From assembly GCA_002104905.1 (NCBI GenBank), contig MCFE01000107.1, forward strand, positions 1 to 64,000: a stretch of 64,000 bases of DNA. The letters are read 5' to 3'. The notes under the pieces are model-generated. The model searched no databases. It saw only the letters and a list, made by a program, of their open reading frames with translations, and was not told where the DNA came from. The DNA comes from Basidiobolus meristosporus CBS 931.73 (taxonomy: Eukaryota > Fungi > Basidiobolomycota). Positions within the stretch are counted from its first letter, which is position 1, and each line of letters begins with the position of its first letter. Both the position numbers and the translations under genes were made by a program. Below are positions 11,544 to 22,926 of the stretch, piece after piece.

Positions 11544-14435
11544 TTACTCCTCATCTGTCGTCTCATCAACCACCTCTTCATCTTCGTGCATCAGAGATCC
11601 ACTGCCTTGCGCTTCATGTAATTGGCTCAAGTACCGATCATCTTGCTCTTGAAGTTGTAGTGAAATTGGTACTTTGGATGCTTCATCTACCAACGTATGC
11701 ATAATCTGGCCAAATAAGCCAATCTTACAAGTTTGACTGTCAATTACACCCTGAGCTTCAATGGAATCTTGCATGACTAACTGGTAACTAGAAACATTAT
11801 TTGGTTGATTCACCCTCCAAACTCTGGCCTTTGCTTAGATTTCTACATAGGGATTCCACCAATTGTTGGCAATGATCACCACCGATGCCATCTGCAAATT
11901 TAATCCAAATGCGCCACATTTGATGTTGATCAGTAACACACAAATCTTGCCCTCCGGAACTGGCAATGCAAATGTATCTATACTGCTCTTTTGTATCCAA
12001 ACTGGGGTGGAACCGGTAATCTTCAGATGTTCAATGCTCTGCTCCCTCAAATGGTAAGCCACTATGTCAAGCATCAGATTAAACCCAGAAAAAATAATAA
12101 CACGTGCGTGCTCCTTATTTTCTTGGATTTCAAGCAGGATTTCCATGATTTTCCGAGTTTTGCCACTATGCTTGTTCACAGTGTTGTTGGTTACACCAGT
12201 GAGGAAATCTTGGATGAATACCCTGTTGGAGTCCTCTAACGCAAGCCCTCTTTGGGCAATTGTAGAGGCGTCTTTGGTGTGTATGGCAGTTGGTGCAGAA
12301 GTAGATGGAACATTGGATGAGCTGTCAACCTCTTTGCTATTAATCTCTTGAAGCTGCTCCTCAACCTCAACCGCAACCACCTCAAGATCCTCATCAATCT
12401 CTGGTAGAAAATCATCCTCACTCATCTTGATATCTTGGACAATGCTAGCATCAGCCGCTTTTTTCAGTCAATTCCTCTTCCTGCTCCAGGTATACATATA
12501 TGGATGGCATGAGTACAGATGCAGATAGGTATTTGCACCCATCCAACCGACTTCCTCTGGAAGACTTGACTGCAGTTGTTTGTACTCCTGCAGCTCCTCC
12601 GGCAAGAATTGGCACAAGACAATCTGCTCTTGAATACTAGGCATGGATACTGCATGTTCTCCAAATATTTGCAACTCTGGAACGCGTCTCAATATTAATG
12701 GGCCAAGTCTTTCTACAACCCATTCAACTAGCCTGTTTGTATTGGCCTCCTCAAGTAGGAGTTGATGGAAATCCTTTGGAATACCTTCCCATAGATTGAA
12801 TAATGTGAAATATGAATAAAGATCCATAATCTCATTTTGGAATGGGGTGGCAGTGACAAGTATCAAGGATTCTCCATCAATTTTACTCACTGCGTTTAAG
12901 CTACCGCCTTCGTAGTTCTTAAGTGTATCTGCCTCATCGGCCACTGTTTGGCCAAATTTCACATTCCATATAGGCAAATCAGGGTTCCTTGCTTCAACAC
13001 ATAGTGTGTGGTAGGTGGTGAGCACGATCCTCTTAGTCTCCATATCTGACTTCTTGATAGCTCGGAATTTTCCATGAAATACATGAAGCTCTTCATCGGA
13101 TATCCTTGTTTTTGTCATTATCTCCATCACCCAATTGAGAAGTATTCCAAGCGTGACAACAATAAGATTTGGCCTTTGCTCAGGTGTCTCCAATATGAGA
13201 CTTAATATCTGCAATGTCTTTCCAAGTCCCATGGAATCGGCAAGCAATGCTCCTTTATGGATGGCCTCTGTATACATCAGCCATTGTACGCCAAATGCTT
13301 GATGGTTCTTAAGTGGGACAGTAAGACCATGGGCACTATGCCGCAAGATATTTTCAGTCTCAGCACTTCCTTTGCCTTCCCTCTTGTGCCGCTGAGAGAT
13401 TGCTGCCAATTCATTAAGAATGCGCCCTAGTAGCTGCTTTGTACTCATTTCTTCCTGACTTGGATTGGGAGGGTAAGTCCGGATCTGATTATTGACATCA
13501 TAGGTGAATGTAACATTTGCATTGTTGATGTATTGGATTTGGTTGCCATACTTGTTTACCACAGCAATAAAGTTTTCTCCAAGCTCCTGTATTGCTGAGT
13601 GTACATATTGTCTTTCCCAATCACCAGTTTGCAATTTTAACAGTAGAACTTGTTTAAAAAACTCCCATTTGATTGGGTATAAGGTGGTTCCAATGGTGTA
13701 GGATAGCCGCCCAGCAAGAATAAGCAATCAAATGCGTATGTAAGAACTGCCCAACCTCTTGCTGAAGGCATATTTGCCGGATTATTCAAGAATGGCCTTG
13801 TCTCCAATACTCTGGAGCATCCATTGCCATCTTTGTACGTGATTACCTCCAGCTTGCTCAGTCTTCTATTGATTGTCTCCCCACTCTTGCTTTGTATCGC
13901 TTTTTTCCCCCGTTTTTTGGCACTTTCATGTCACCCTGAGTATCTCTACAGCTCAGCTCAAAACCACCATATATGTAGAGATTCTCGTGGTCACTAGCAC
14001 AGCTGTTGCCATTAAAATCACCCCTTTGGCTGCCTCTGTAGTTGATATGTTGTCTGGAGTTGGGAGAACTGTCACTGTGATGTCTTCATCACCGTGTAGA
14101 TCTGCAAGGTGAATCATTTGAACCTTTGAGCTGGGCTCATAGAGTATTCCACGGCCGGATGTTTCTTCAGCTATACGCTCATCATAAGGCGGGGATATTT
14201 TGCTGTCTTGAAAGTGCTCAACAGAATACCCTCCATATAATAGCAAGTATCTCCTAGACGGGGTAATGGTCATCAAGCAATAGCTGCATTTTGTTACACC
14301 TGCCACCGTCGCCAGGTAAACGCCAAAATTTTTCCAATGCTCCTTGTAACTGCTGGCTTCTAATGCCATTGGGATAGGGATACAACAACTGCTGCGTGAT
14401 TTATGTGACAGTGAATACTTGATAATACACCACAA
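11544..14435 (-). pseudogene. Kelch-repeat + SNF2-family ATPase/helicase, disrupted (copy 2)
   Basis: ORF 12468-13727 carries the SNF2 N-terminal ATPase (LADSMGLGKT, VADEAD, LVTATPFQN). ORF 11835-12425 carries helicase-C (GAFGLNLQMASVVII..WWNP). A CGA>TGA stop and frameshifts interrupt it. Confidence 0.87.
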
Positions 14436-14560
14436 CTTGAAAGCTCTTAAGTACTACATACTTTACATATATTAGTCTGTAAATTGTCAATCTTATCAGT
14501 TCAACTTATTACTTGTCAATTCATTGATTTGGGATGGTGGAAATTCTTTATTTACTCAAG

Positions 14561-15347
14561 TTAGCCAGAGGATGGCGGTGGTGATGGGGGCACAGATAGT
14601 GATGATGGGGGAAGTGATAGCAATGAATCAACCTGTGGTATTTTTAAGATGACAATATCACTTGGTCTCTCCGCCTCCATTACAGTTTCTGGTTGGCCTA
14701 TAGTATCCCCACTCTGCTTCTCCACGTCTTCTTCGCACACTTCCATATCAACCTGCATGGGGGCCATTCTCATTGTTGTGGAGGATTCTGCTCTTGTCTC
14801 TTGGCTTGTGGTAGGTTCAAGGGAGGAAGTAGTATCCCCTCCAATACTGTTGCTCGCAAGTACACCTGGGTCGGAAGATGCATCCTGCTCGTCGCTTGCC
14901 CTGATGCGGGCAAACTTTTCCACCATTTGTGCCACTAATGCCTCAGTAGAATGGTGGAAACTGAAATCAATCTGGGCTTGAAGTCCAGCAATATCCCTGA
15001 TTTAGCTTTACAATATCACCCCTCCTCTGTTTAATCTCCTGGCACATACGTTGCAATATCTCATGGTGCAATGTTGTCCTATATTCCGGAAGCTCTTGTC
15101 GAACCTCTGACAATGCTTGGGAAACTTGGTTGACCGGCCGCCTGGTAGTGACTACAGCAACTTGCTCAGCATCATCCACGTTTGCTGCAACACCTCCTTC
15201 ACGCTCCTCTTGGATTTGGCCACTTCCTTGCCCTCTTCCTCTTCCGCGCCCGGTTCCGCGTCCTCTTCCGCGTCCTTGTCCCCTTCCTCGCTCTCTTTGT
15301 ACTCTACCTTCACTCCTGGCATCTACCCGGCTACTGCCTGCTTCCAT
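14561..15347 (-). pseudogene. Unit ORF-B (copy 2), GR-repeat and coiled-coil-like protein, one frameshift
   Basis: ORFs 14967-15347 (GRGQGRGRGRGTGRGRGRG) and 14561-14935. Confidence 0.55.
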
Positions 15348-15580
15348 GCTTCTTGTTTTTTATGAAGGATTATGTCTCCTTTCTCCACTTTTATACTCAT
15401 TCGGATGATGTCGGTGGCCCATTCATCATATCTGTTCCTTTGAGGTTACTGAGCTTCTTGCTCCTACGTAACATCCATCTAGCCAGTATTTGAATCATTT
15501 GATGTACACATAAGTTAACTTTATTCTGTTCTTATTAACACCCTTTTATTTTATTAAAATGCAAAACTACATTGGCAAAA

Positions 15581-16043
15581 TTATTTGGTTTCTGTAATCG
15601 TCAATTCTTGTTCCGTCTCTTGGCTGTGCAACTGTTTCTCTACCTGATCTAAGAAGTGATGCAATTGACTATCACTTAATTTATCAGTCTCTGCCTGATT
15701 CTCCTTCATACGCTTATAATCAAAATAAGCCACTTGGAGTACTTTATAGTGAGGCAAAGAAGAACTAAGCTGAAGTTCGTTTCGGAACTGCTCAATCGCA
15801 TTGGTTCGTTTTCTCCTCAGGACAACTGAGTCATCTGCCAATTTTTTCCGAGTTTTCTCCAGGTATTTGGGACTTCCAAAGGTACCACTACCAGAACTGG
15901 TAATTGTACTGCTCTTCTTCGCCGCAATCTTTGTCTATAATAGACTCTTGGTCTTCCTTTGGAGCGCGAGGACTGCTATGGTAGAGGCAGCTTCCTCTTT
16001 TGGTCTTGATCCCCGAGTAGCGGTCCTTAAGCTTTCCCCTCAT
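15581..16043 (-). pseudogene. Unit ORF-A (copy 2), frameshifted
   Basis: Homologous to 5481-5942; only 15581-15841 is open from an internal start. Confidence 0.45.
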
Positions 16044-16502
16044 GACTTGTTTATTGTCCGTGTTGGTGCTCTACTCGGTGGAGTGTCAGTGAGTGCTGTT
16101 TAACTACTAGTTGTTCTCTTCTGTCCTGTAGATTTATATTACTTTCATATACACTTACTTCATCACATTTCACTTTTGCCTCTCTTGTGACTGTACTCTG
16201 GTTTCATTCCTCGACGGCTAGACAAAACCAAGGCCACCGCATATTGGGTGCGGTGGTTTAGTGATCAAAGAGCAAGCTATTGATGCTAATATTGATTTTG
16301 AGCATATTGTCTAGGAATATCTTGGAACCAACTAGAGTAAATAGTTACTCAATAATTCACATAGTACCACTATTTGCGCATCAATACTTGCTAACAACAA
16401 AGCAATGCTTTTCTATGATGTTCCATTCCCACGCGGCTGTTTGTTGATATTCCGTACAATACACAAGTGAGCGTTTAAAGTAAGCATCCACACTACTTTC
16501 TG

Positions 16503-17214
16503 GGGGTATGGTTACCGCGCACTATAAAAGTGCGTTAGGGACTCATGTAAAACTATCATGATGAAAAATAAAAGCACTTTATTACCGCGCGGCTGATGAT
16601 TGATAACTCCCGCTAGACACAAGTAAACGTAGCAAGTGGGTATCCTTAAAACCTGTTGGGGTATGGTTACCGCGCACTATGAAAGTGCGTTAAGGACTCA
16701 TGTAAAACTATCATGATGAAAAATAAAAGCACTTTATTACCGCGCGGCTGATGATTGATAACTCCCGCTAGACACAAGTAAACGTAGCAAGTGGGTATCC
16801 TTAAAACCTGTTGGGGTATGGTTACCGCGCACTATAAAAGTGCATTAGGGACTCATGTAAAACTATCATGATGAAAAATAAAAGCACTTTTTTACCGCGC
16901 GGCTGATGATTGATGACTCCCGCTAGACACAAGTAAACGTAGCAAGTGGGTATCCTTAAAACCTGTTGGGGTATGGTTACCGCGCACTATGAAAGTGCGT
17001 TAGGGATTCATACAAAACTAGCATGATGAAAAATAAAAGCATTTCAGTATTGCGCGGCTGATGATTGATGGCTCCCGCTAGACACAAGTAGACGTAGCTA
17101 GTGGACATCCTTAAAACCTGTTGGGGTATGGCTACTGCGTACTTTCAAAGTGCGTTAGGAACTCATGTAAAACTATCATGATGAAAAATTAAAGCACTTT
17201 TGTACCACGTGGCT
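16503..17214. repeat. 155-bp tandem repeat array, ~4.6 units
   Basis: GGGGTATGG starts at 16503, 16658, 16813, 16968 and 17123. Confidence 0.95.
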
Positions 17215-17846
17215 AAGTTTTACAATTCCCGCGGGATACATGTGCGCATAGAACATAAGTAGTAGTTGCGATGGTGTCCAATAAAGTTTCTATTATAGCC
17301 ATAATATATATTGAACTTTTGGATACACTTTATATTTGGTAAAAGCAATCGGGTTACAGAAAATTTGTATTGGCCATGAATTTTTTTATCATATTAGGGC
17401 CGCGCAATTTATGGTGCCCGAAGCTTATCAAAATATGGGATTGTGGTCAGATTGGGATGAATCCCATTAATTATTAGATATATATTAAAAATAACAATTT
17501 ATTAATTAAATAGTCATCAAGACTTATACAGAGCATATGGACAGTATAGGGAGACAAATATTGGCCCAGACATGCCCACCATATGAGCAGACAATGTGCC
17601 AATTGTAGGGTAAAAATATTTATGGTTAGGGTGATAAGGGTTAGGAGGAGGAATTCTAACCCTAAGGGACCAGAACCAAGAATGAGAGAAAAGTAATCCA
17701 ACGGGAATTTAAAGAGTATAAGAGCAGTATGGGGGATTGCATCCCCCAAACCCCCTGCTTTTTTATTCTCTAGGGGACTGCGTCCCCCAGACCCCCTGCT
17801 CTTCTAACCTTTTTCTAGCCCTTACTATAACACCTACACCCTAACC

Positions 17847-18370
17847 AAGAACACTTAGCCTTGTGGTTATCCCTAACCCTTCCATACCCATGGTTGTGGG
17901 TTCAAATCCTGGATCCATCAAAATTTGATTAATAAATTGATGTGTGCTCATTGGGAGATGGCTTGATCAACCATTGGGCAAAGTAAAGGCTCTGATTGGC
18001 TGAAATCCTTGAAATGCTAATTGGCCAGATTTGCCTAGTAAATTTGGCCAGTGATCGCCCAGAAATTCCTCTCAGTTCCCCCAGTCTACTGGCCATTCCG
18101 GCCACAATTCAGCTACTGCAAACCAGTATAACTTAGCTCAGATATATTCAGATACTCACTTCTCAGGCCTGGCTTTCCAGGAAACCACTCTCAGACCTAG
18201 CTAACTATGAAATATAGTACCACTCAGCTTCTCAACTCTCAGACCTGGCTCACCAGGAAGATATCTCTCAGACCTAGCTTTCTAGGAATAACTTCAGATT
18301 AACTTGGCTTCTTTAGATACTTGTCATAAGTAAATAAAGATTTCACCACTTGGTGACTTTCCTCCCCCCC
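17847..18370 (+). mobile_element. tRNA-derived SINE-like element with a LINE-type 3' tail
   Basis: A-box-like TAGCCTTGTGG at 17856-17866 and B-box GGTTCAAATCC at 17899-17909, in tRNA-like spacing. Internal CTCTCAGACCT(A/G)GCT repeats. The 3' end AATAAAGATTTCACC-ACTT-GGTGACT..CTCCCCCCCC matches the LINE tails at 1365-1400 and ~24746-24781. Confidence 0.68.
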
Positions 18371-18398
18371 CTAACCCTAGCCCTAACCCTAACCCTAA
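18369..18398 (+). repeat. Interstitial telomere-like repeat (CCCTAA)n, ~5 units, one variant CCCTAG
   Basis: Sequence CCCTAACCCTAGCCCTAACCCTAACCCTAA lies between the SINE-like tail and a 5'-truncated gag. Confidence 0.85.
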
Positions 18399-18399
18399 G

Positions 18400-21300
18400 C
18401 CATTTTGAAGATCCTCTCAAGAAAGCACATCTGAACTGCAACTTATAGAAAACTAAAATGCAAAAAGGTGAATCTGTGCAACACTTCTGTGATAGATTCC
18501 AAAGACAAATGAGATTAGCTGGAGTTAGTGATGATAATCCATTGCTTACTGCTCATTTTCTTTCAAACTTTTCACACCAGCTACAGAGCAATATTGCTAT
18601 TGTCAAAGCATGCAACCCTGCATGTACCTATGACCAGATCTCAGAGATATGTACACTGGCAATCACCTTGACTGCAGCTGTTAGCCAGACTTCAGGCAGC
18701 TCAACCCAATATCCCACAACAGCCGGAAAAGAGACCAGTCATGTGACCAAGAAGCAGTCAACCGCTACTAAGCACTGTGAGCTTCATGGAAAATGCTATC
18801 ATTCTACCAATGAATGCAAAGGCATCACCAAGCAGTCAAACAAATCAGGAAACACCGCAGAAAAGCAGCAAAACACCAAAACTGATAATCCATATGCTGA
18901 TGACAAGTGCTTTAAAAGTGGAAATATGGGACATAGATCACCTGCCTGTCCTGAGAAGAACTCCACACCATCAGCCAAAATTACCCAGATCCTTGATGAT
19001 CATTCAGCCAATGATACAAAGGGGTATGAAGAAGCATATGAAGAACTTACAGTTCAAGATTATTGCAACCTCTTTGAGTTTCCGGCTAAAATTGCAACTG
19101 TTCAAGAAAAGAAGCAACCAATCACACAGCTCAAAGCCATAGAAGTGCCACTCACCCTCAATGGCCAATCATACGTAGCACTACTGGATGCTGGATCATC
19201 CAACTCTATTGTATCACCCAATGTAGTCAGAGAACTCAACTTGGAGATAGAAAAATGACCAGGAAAAATCATTCTTGCAGCTAAGGATCTCTCAGCCCCA
19301 AGAATTGGCATTACCAACCCAATCAACATACATTGTGGCTCAGTAACCATAATCCATCAGATGGAAGTGATTGACATACCAGATGGACCTCAGGTAGTCA
19401 TTGGTCTGGACACCTTCACCAAACTTGGCTTTCACATAGGCGGATTACCGGTTTCCTATCCAGGAATCACTAAATCTCAGCCGCTCATAATGGATCAAAT
19501 CCCAGAGATTATCTCATCCCAACCGGAAGAAGAAGAGTTAACTCCAACTTTTCAAGAATATTCTCTATCAGTCAAATTGGATATTCAGCCGGCCATAGAG
19601 AGAAATCAGGCCATTCCAAGGAACAGCTTCTGCACCATCCCAGAATTCATTGTTACACTAGAGACCCCACCTGGTGAGTCAACATGGAGGAGGCAATACC
19701 CAATTCCACATTCATGTCAACACTTAGTTGATGAGATAGTCCAAAAATGGGCTGACAATGGAATTATCACTCAAGCCCCTGTCAACACAACATTCAACAG
19801 CCCTTTGACGCTTGCACCAAAGAAAGATGCTGATGGAAATCTCACCCTGAAGAGACCCTGTTTGGACCCCAGACCTCTGAACAAGCTTCTCCAAGATGAC
19901 AAGTTTCCAATTCCAAGAATCCAAGATATCTTTTCCGCACTATCAGGAGCAAAAGTATTCTCCAAGTTGGACTTGAAGGATGCATATCACTGATTCCAGA
20001 TCCATCCTGATCATCAGCATAAGACTGCCTTTACTTGGAATAATATGCAATGGATGTTTCAGGGAGCTCCCTTTGGCCTAAAGACACTTACCAGCAAGTT
20101 TCAGAGAGTCATGACTATATTACTCAAGAATGCACCATATGCATTGGTATTTGTTGATGATGTCATCATATTTTCCAATAACCGTGATGATCATGCAACC
20201 CATGTCACTGATGTAATCAACAGACTGACAAGTGCTGGACTGATTCTCAATGCTGAAAAGTGCAGTTTTGCCCGCCTCAAAATCAATCTACTTGGATTTA
20301 TAGTCACACCAGCTGGCCACCAATTAGATCCTTTCAAACTGGTCAATATCCCAGAATGGCCAAAACCCACTAGCGCCAAGCAACTTCAACATTATCTTGG
20401 AGTATTCAACTATTTCAGGGAACACATACCACTCATGTCCTCATTGAGTGCCCCTTTAGATGCATTACGCCATAGCCCTGATCTCACCTCAGCCTGGAAC
20501 AAGACTCATGACCAAGCCTTTGAGTCACTCTGCCAACTGCTTCCACAAGCACCCACCTTATCCTACCCAGTCTTTACTAAGCCCTTTGTTGTTGCTACGG
20601 ATGCATCTAATGTTGGGTTAGGGGCAGTCCTCTATCAAGATGAAGACCAAAATCCACCTCACTGGATCTCTTTCCAAGCCAGGTCCCTACAACCTGCTGA
20701 GAGAAACTACTCTGCTACCAAGAAGGAGCTACTTGCCATAGTCTTTGCCTTAAAGAAGTTTCATCAGTATCTATGGGGTAATCCTTTTACCTTGTACACT
20801 GACCACCAAGCCCTTGTCTATATCCACACTCAGAAGACTCTGACTCCAATGCTTACCAACTGGCTTGATACTCTACTTGATTATGAATATACAGTTATTC
20901 ATCGCCCAGGAATTCTCAACATCCTCCCTGACCACCTGTCAAGACTTTTTCCAACTTCACCTTGGGAGGGACATGTGATTACTGATGTAATCAGTAAACT
21001 CTCTACAACTTCCAAAATAATTCCTCAACTGGATTCAGCAACTTGGAAAATCCCACCTGAAGAACAAAGGAAAACATTGATACAGAGGAGTCATTTACTT
21101 GTCCACTTTGGAGCTGACACACTTATGAAGAAGCTACACTCTGATGGATATCACTGGCCAAATATCAAAGTTGACTGCTTTGAATTTGTCAAGTTGTGCA
21201 GAGAATGTCAACTTTACAATATCAGCCGCCATGGATTTCACCCTTTGAGCCCCATCCATGCAAGCCTTCCTATGGATCATATTGCAATTGATCTAGCTGG

Positions 21301-22309
21301 ACCTTTCATCACTAGTGATGATGGTAATCACTACCTCTTTGTAATTGTGGATGTCTGCACACGTTTTGTCTTCCTCAAAGCTATCCCAGACAAGTATGCT
21401 GCCACTATTGCACAAGAACTATTGAAGCTCTTCTGCCTTTTTGGATTCCCTAAGGTCATTCAATCAGATAATGGAACAGAATTTGTGAATCACGTGATCA
21501 AAGCCCTTTGCCAGAATAGCGCCATTGATCACCGTCTGATCACTCCATATCATCCCAAAGCTAATGGACTGGCTGAAAGACATGTTCAGACCTCAATGAA
21601 CATCATCAGGAAATCTATCAAAGGTATCAAGAAGAATTGGGACAAGTACATTCCAACTGTACAATATGCTATCAACACCAAAATTGCCGCTCTACATGGA
21701 TCAACACCATTTTCCTTGATGTTTGGAAGAAGATACAACCACTTTGGAGACTACCAGAATGCAGAGTTAGCAAGTTTGAGTACAGATAAGCTAAAGAACC
21801 GGCTTGAGTACCTTACCAACATTGTCTACCCTGCTATCAGTGCCAGAAGTAAGGCCTCTCAGCAAAAGATGACTTCAGCATATGCCTCAAGACACAGGAA
21901 CAGCAGCTTTCCAGATGGGTCATATGTCATGACACTAGATCCAATCCGGCAATCTAAACTTGACCCCAAGTATGAAGGACCATTCAAGGTTGTCAGATGC
22001 ACTACTGGAGGATCTTATGTACTTCAGGATAACACTGGAGCACTGCTACCCAAAAACTTTCCACCTTCTTCACTCAAACTTATTTCTCAAGACCCAGTAA
22101 CTTCAGAATCCTATGAAGTTGAAGCTATTGTGGACCATGATGAAGAAGAACCAAATTGCCTTTATTTAGTCAAGTGGAAAGGCTATGATGCCAAACACAA
22201 CACCTGGGAACCTTACACCAACTTTGCTGATGTTGCCATTATTGATCAGTATTGGAGCCGCAGAGGAACCCAGAAGGTATCAAAAAACTCCCCTTCCAGA
22301 AGGAAGTGA
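18400..22309 (+). mobile_element. Ty3/Gypsy chromovirus-type retrotransposon (gag-PR-RT-RH-INT-chromodomain), 5'-truncated, two in-frame TGA stops
   Basis: Protease ALLDAGS; RT PCLDPRPLN, FSKLDLKDAYH and FVDDVII; RNase H VATDASNVGLGAVL; integrase H..H/C..C, IDLAGP and SDNGTEF; chromodomain YEVEAIVDH..YLVKWKGY...NTWEP. The gag begins mid-domain at ~18400. Confidence 0.93.
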
Positions 22310-22717
22310 TGTTGCGCATCAACATTTAAAACTTAGCCAATTTCACTCCGTTTGAAAATCTAGTACCCTAACTGATTTTCCCTAACCCAAACATAACAAA
22401 CCCCAGTTACAGTTTATTTTATCCCACCTCAGAATCTATTTTTAGCTATCACACCTGATCTATTTTCAAATGGTCATTACGTTATCAACCTATCTGCCAA
22501 GCCTTCCCAGGTGATTAGTCATCTGAGATCTATCCAACCATGGTGCAGTTGCCAAGACATCAGTTGATTGATGATGTAATTTTCATTTATCTTACGCACC
22601 TATGAGCACCCAAATTGATTTCAATCAATCCAGTCCCTTGGCACTTACTAATTCAACTTGATCAGAATAGTATAAATAAAGTTTACTGAACCTTTTGGTT
22701 TAGTGTGTGTCTCAACA
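22310..22717 (+). repeat. LTR-like segment related to the Copia LTR at 23690-24284, in opposite orientation
   Basis: Starts TGTTG right after a purine-rich AGAAGGAAGTGA. The first ~230 bp align with the reverse complement of 24056-24284. It has TATAAATAAA at ~22670 and a possible CAACA end at 22713-22717. Confidence 0.55.
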
Positions 22718-22926
22718 AAATTAAGATTCTGTCTCAGCAAAAATAAGAATCCAACAATTCCATTCTAGTTTCTATCCAAGCCTAGTATATCTAGCACTCC
22801 AAAGAACACCAAGCCTAGCCTGCCTAGCAAACAAATATCATTGTCTTTATAGCCAACCCAGCTATATCCACGACCAATATTAGATCAGAATCTTTCTGCT
22901 AATATTTCCACCACTCTCTGACAATT

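Larger units (their letters stand above)
11508..17846. repeat. Copy 2 of the Kelch-SNF2 unit; the left boundary may extend to ~11090
   Basis: Colinear with 1405-7590 and ends at the identical nucleotide (...CACCCTAACC). Confidence 0.93.

Noticed and set aside
17850-17920. A functional tRNA gene
   Set aside because: A and B boxes are present, but the acceptor and anticodon stems do not pair; treated as a SINE head.
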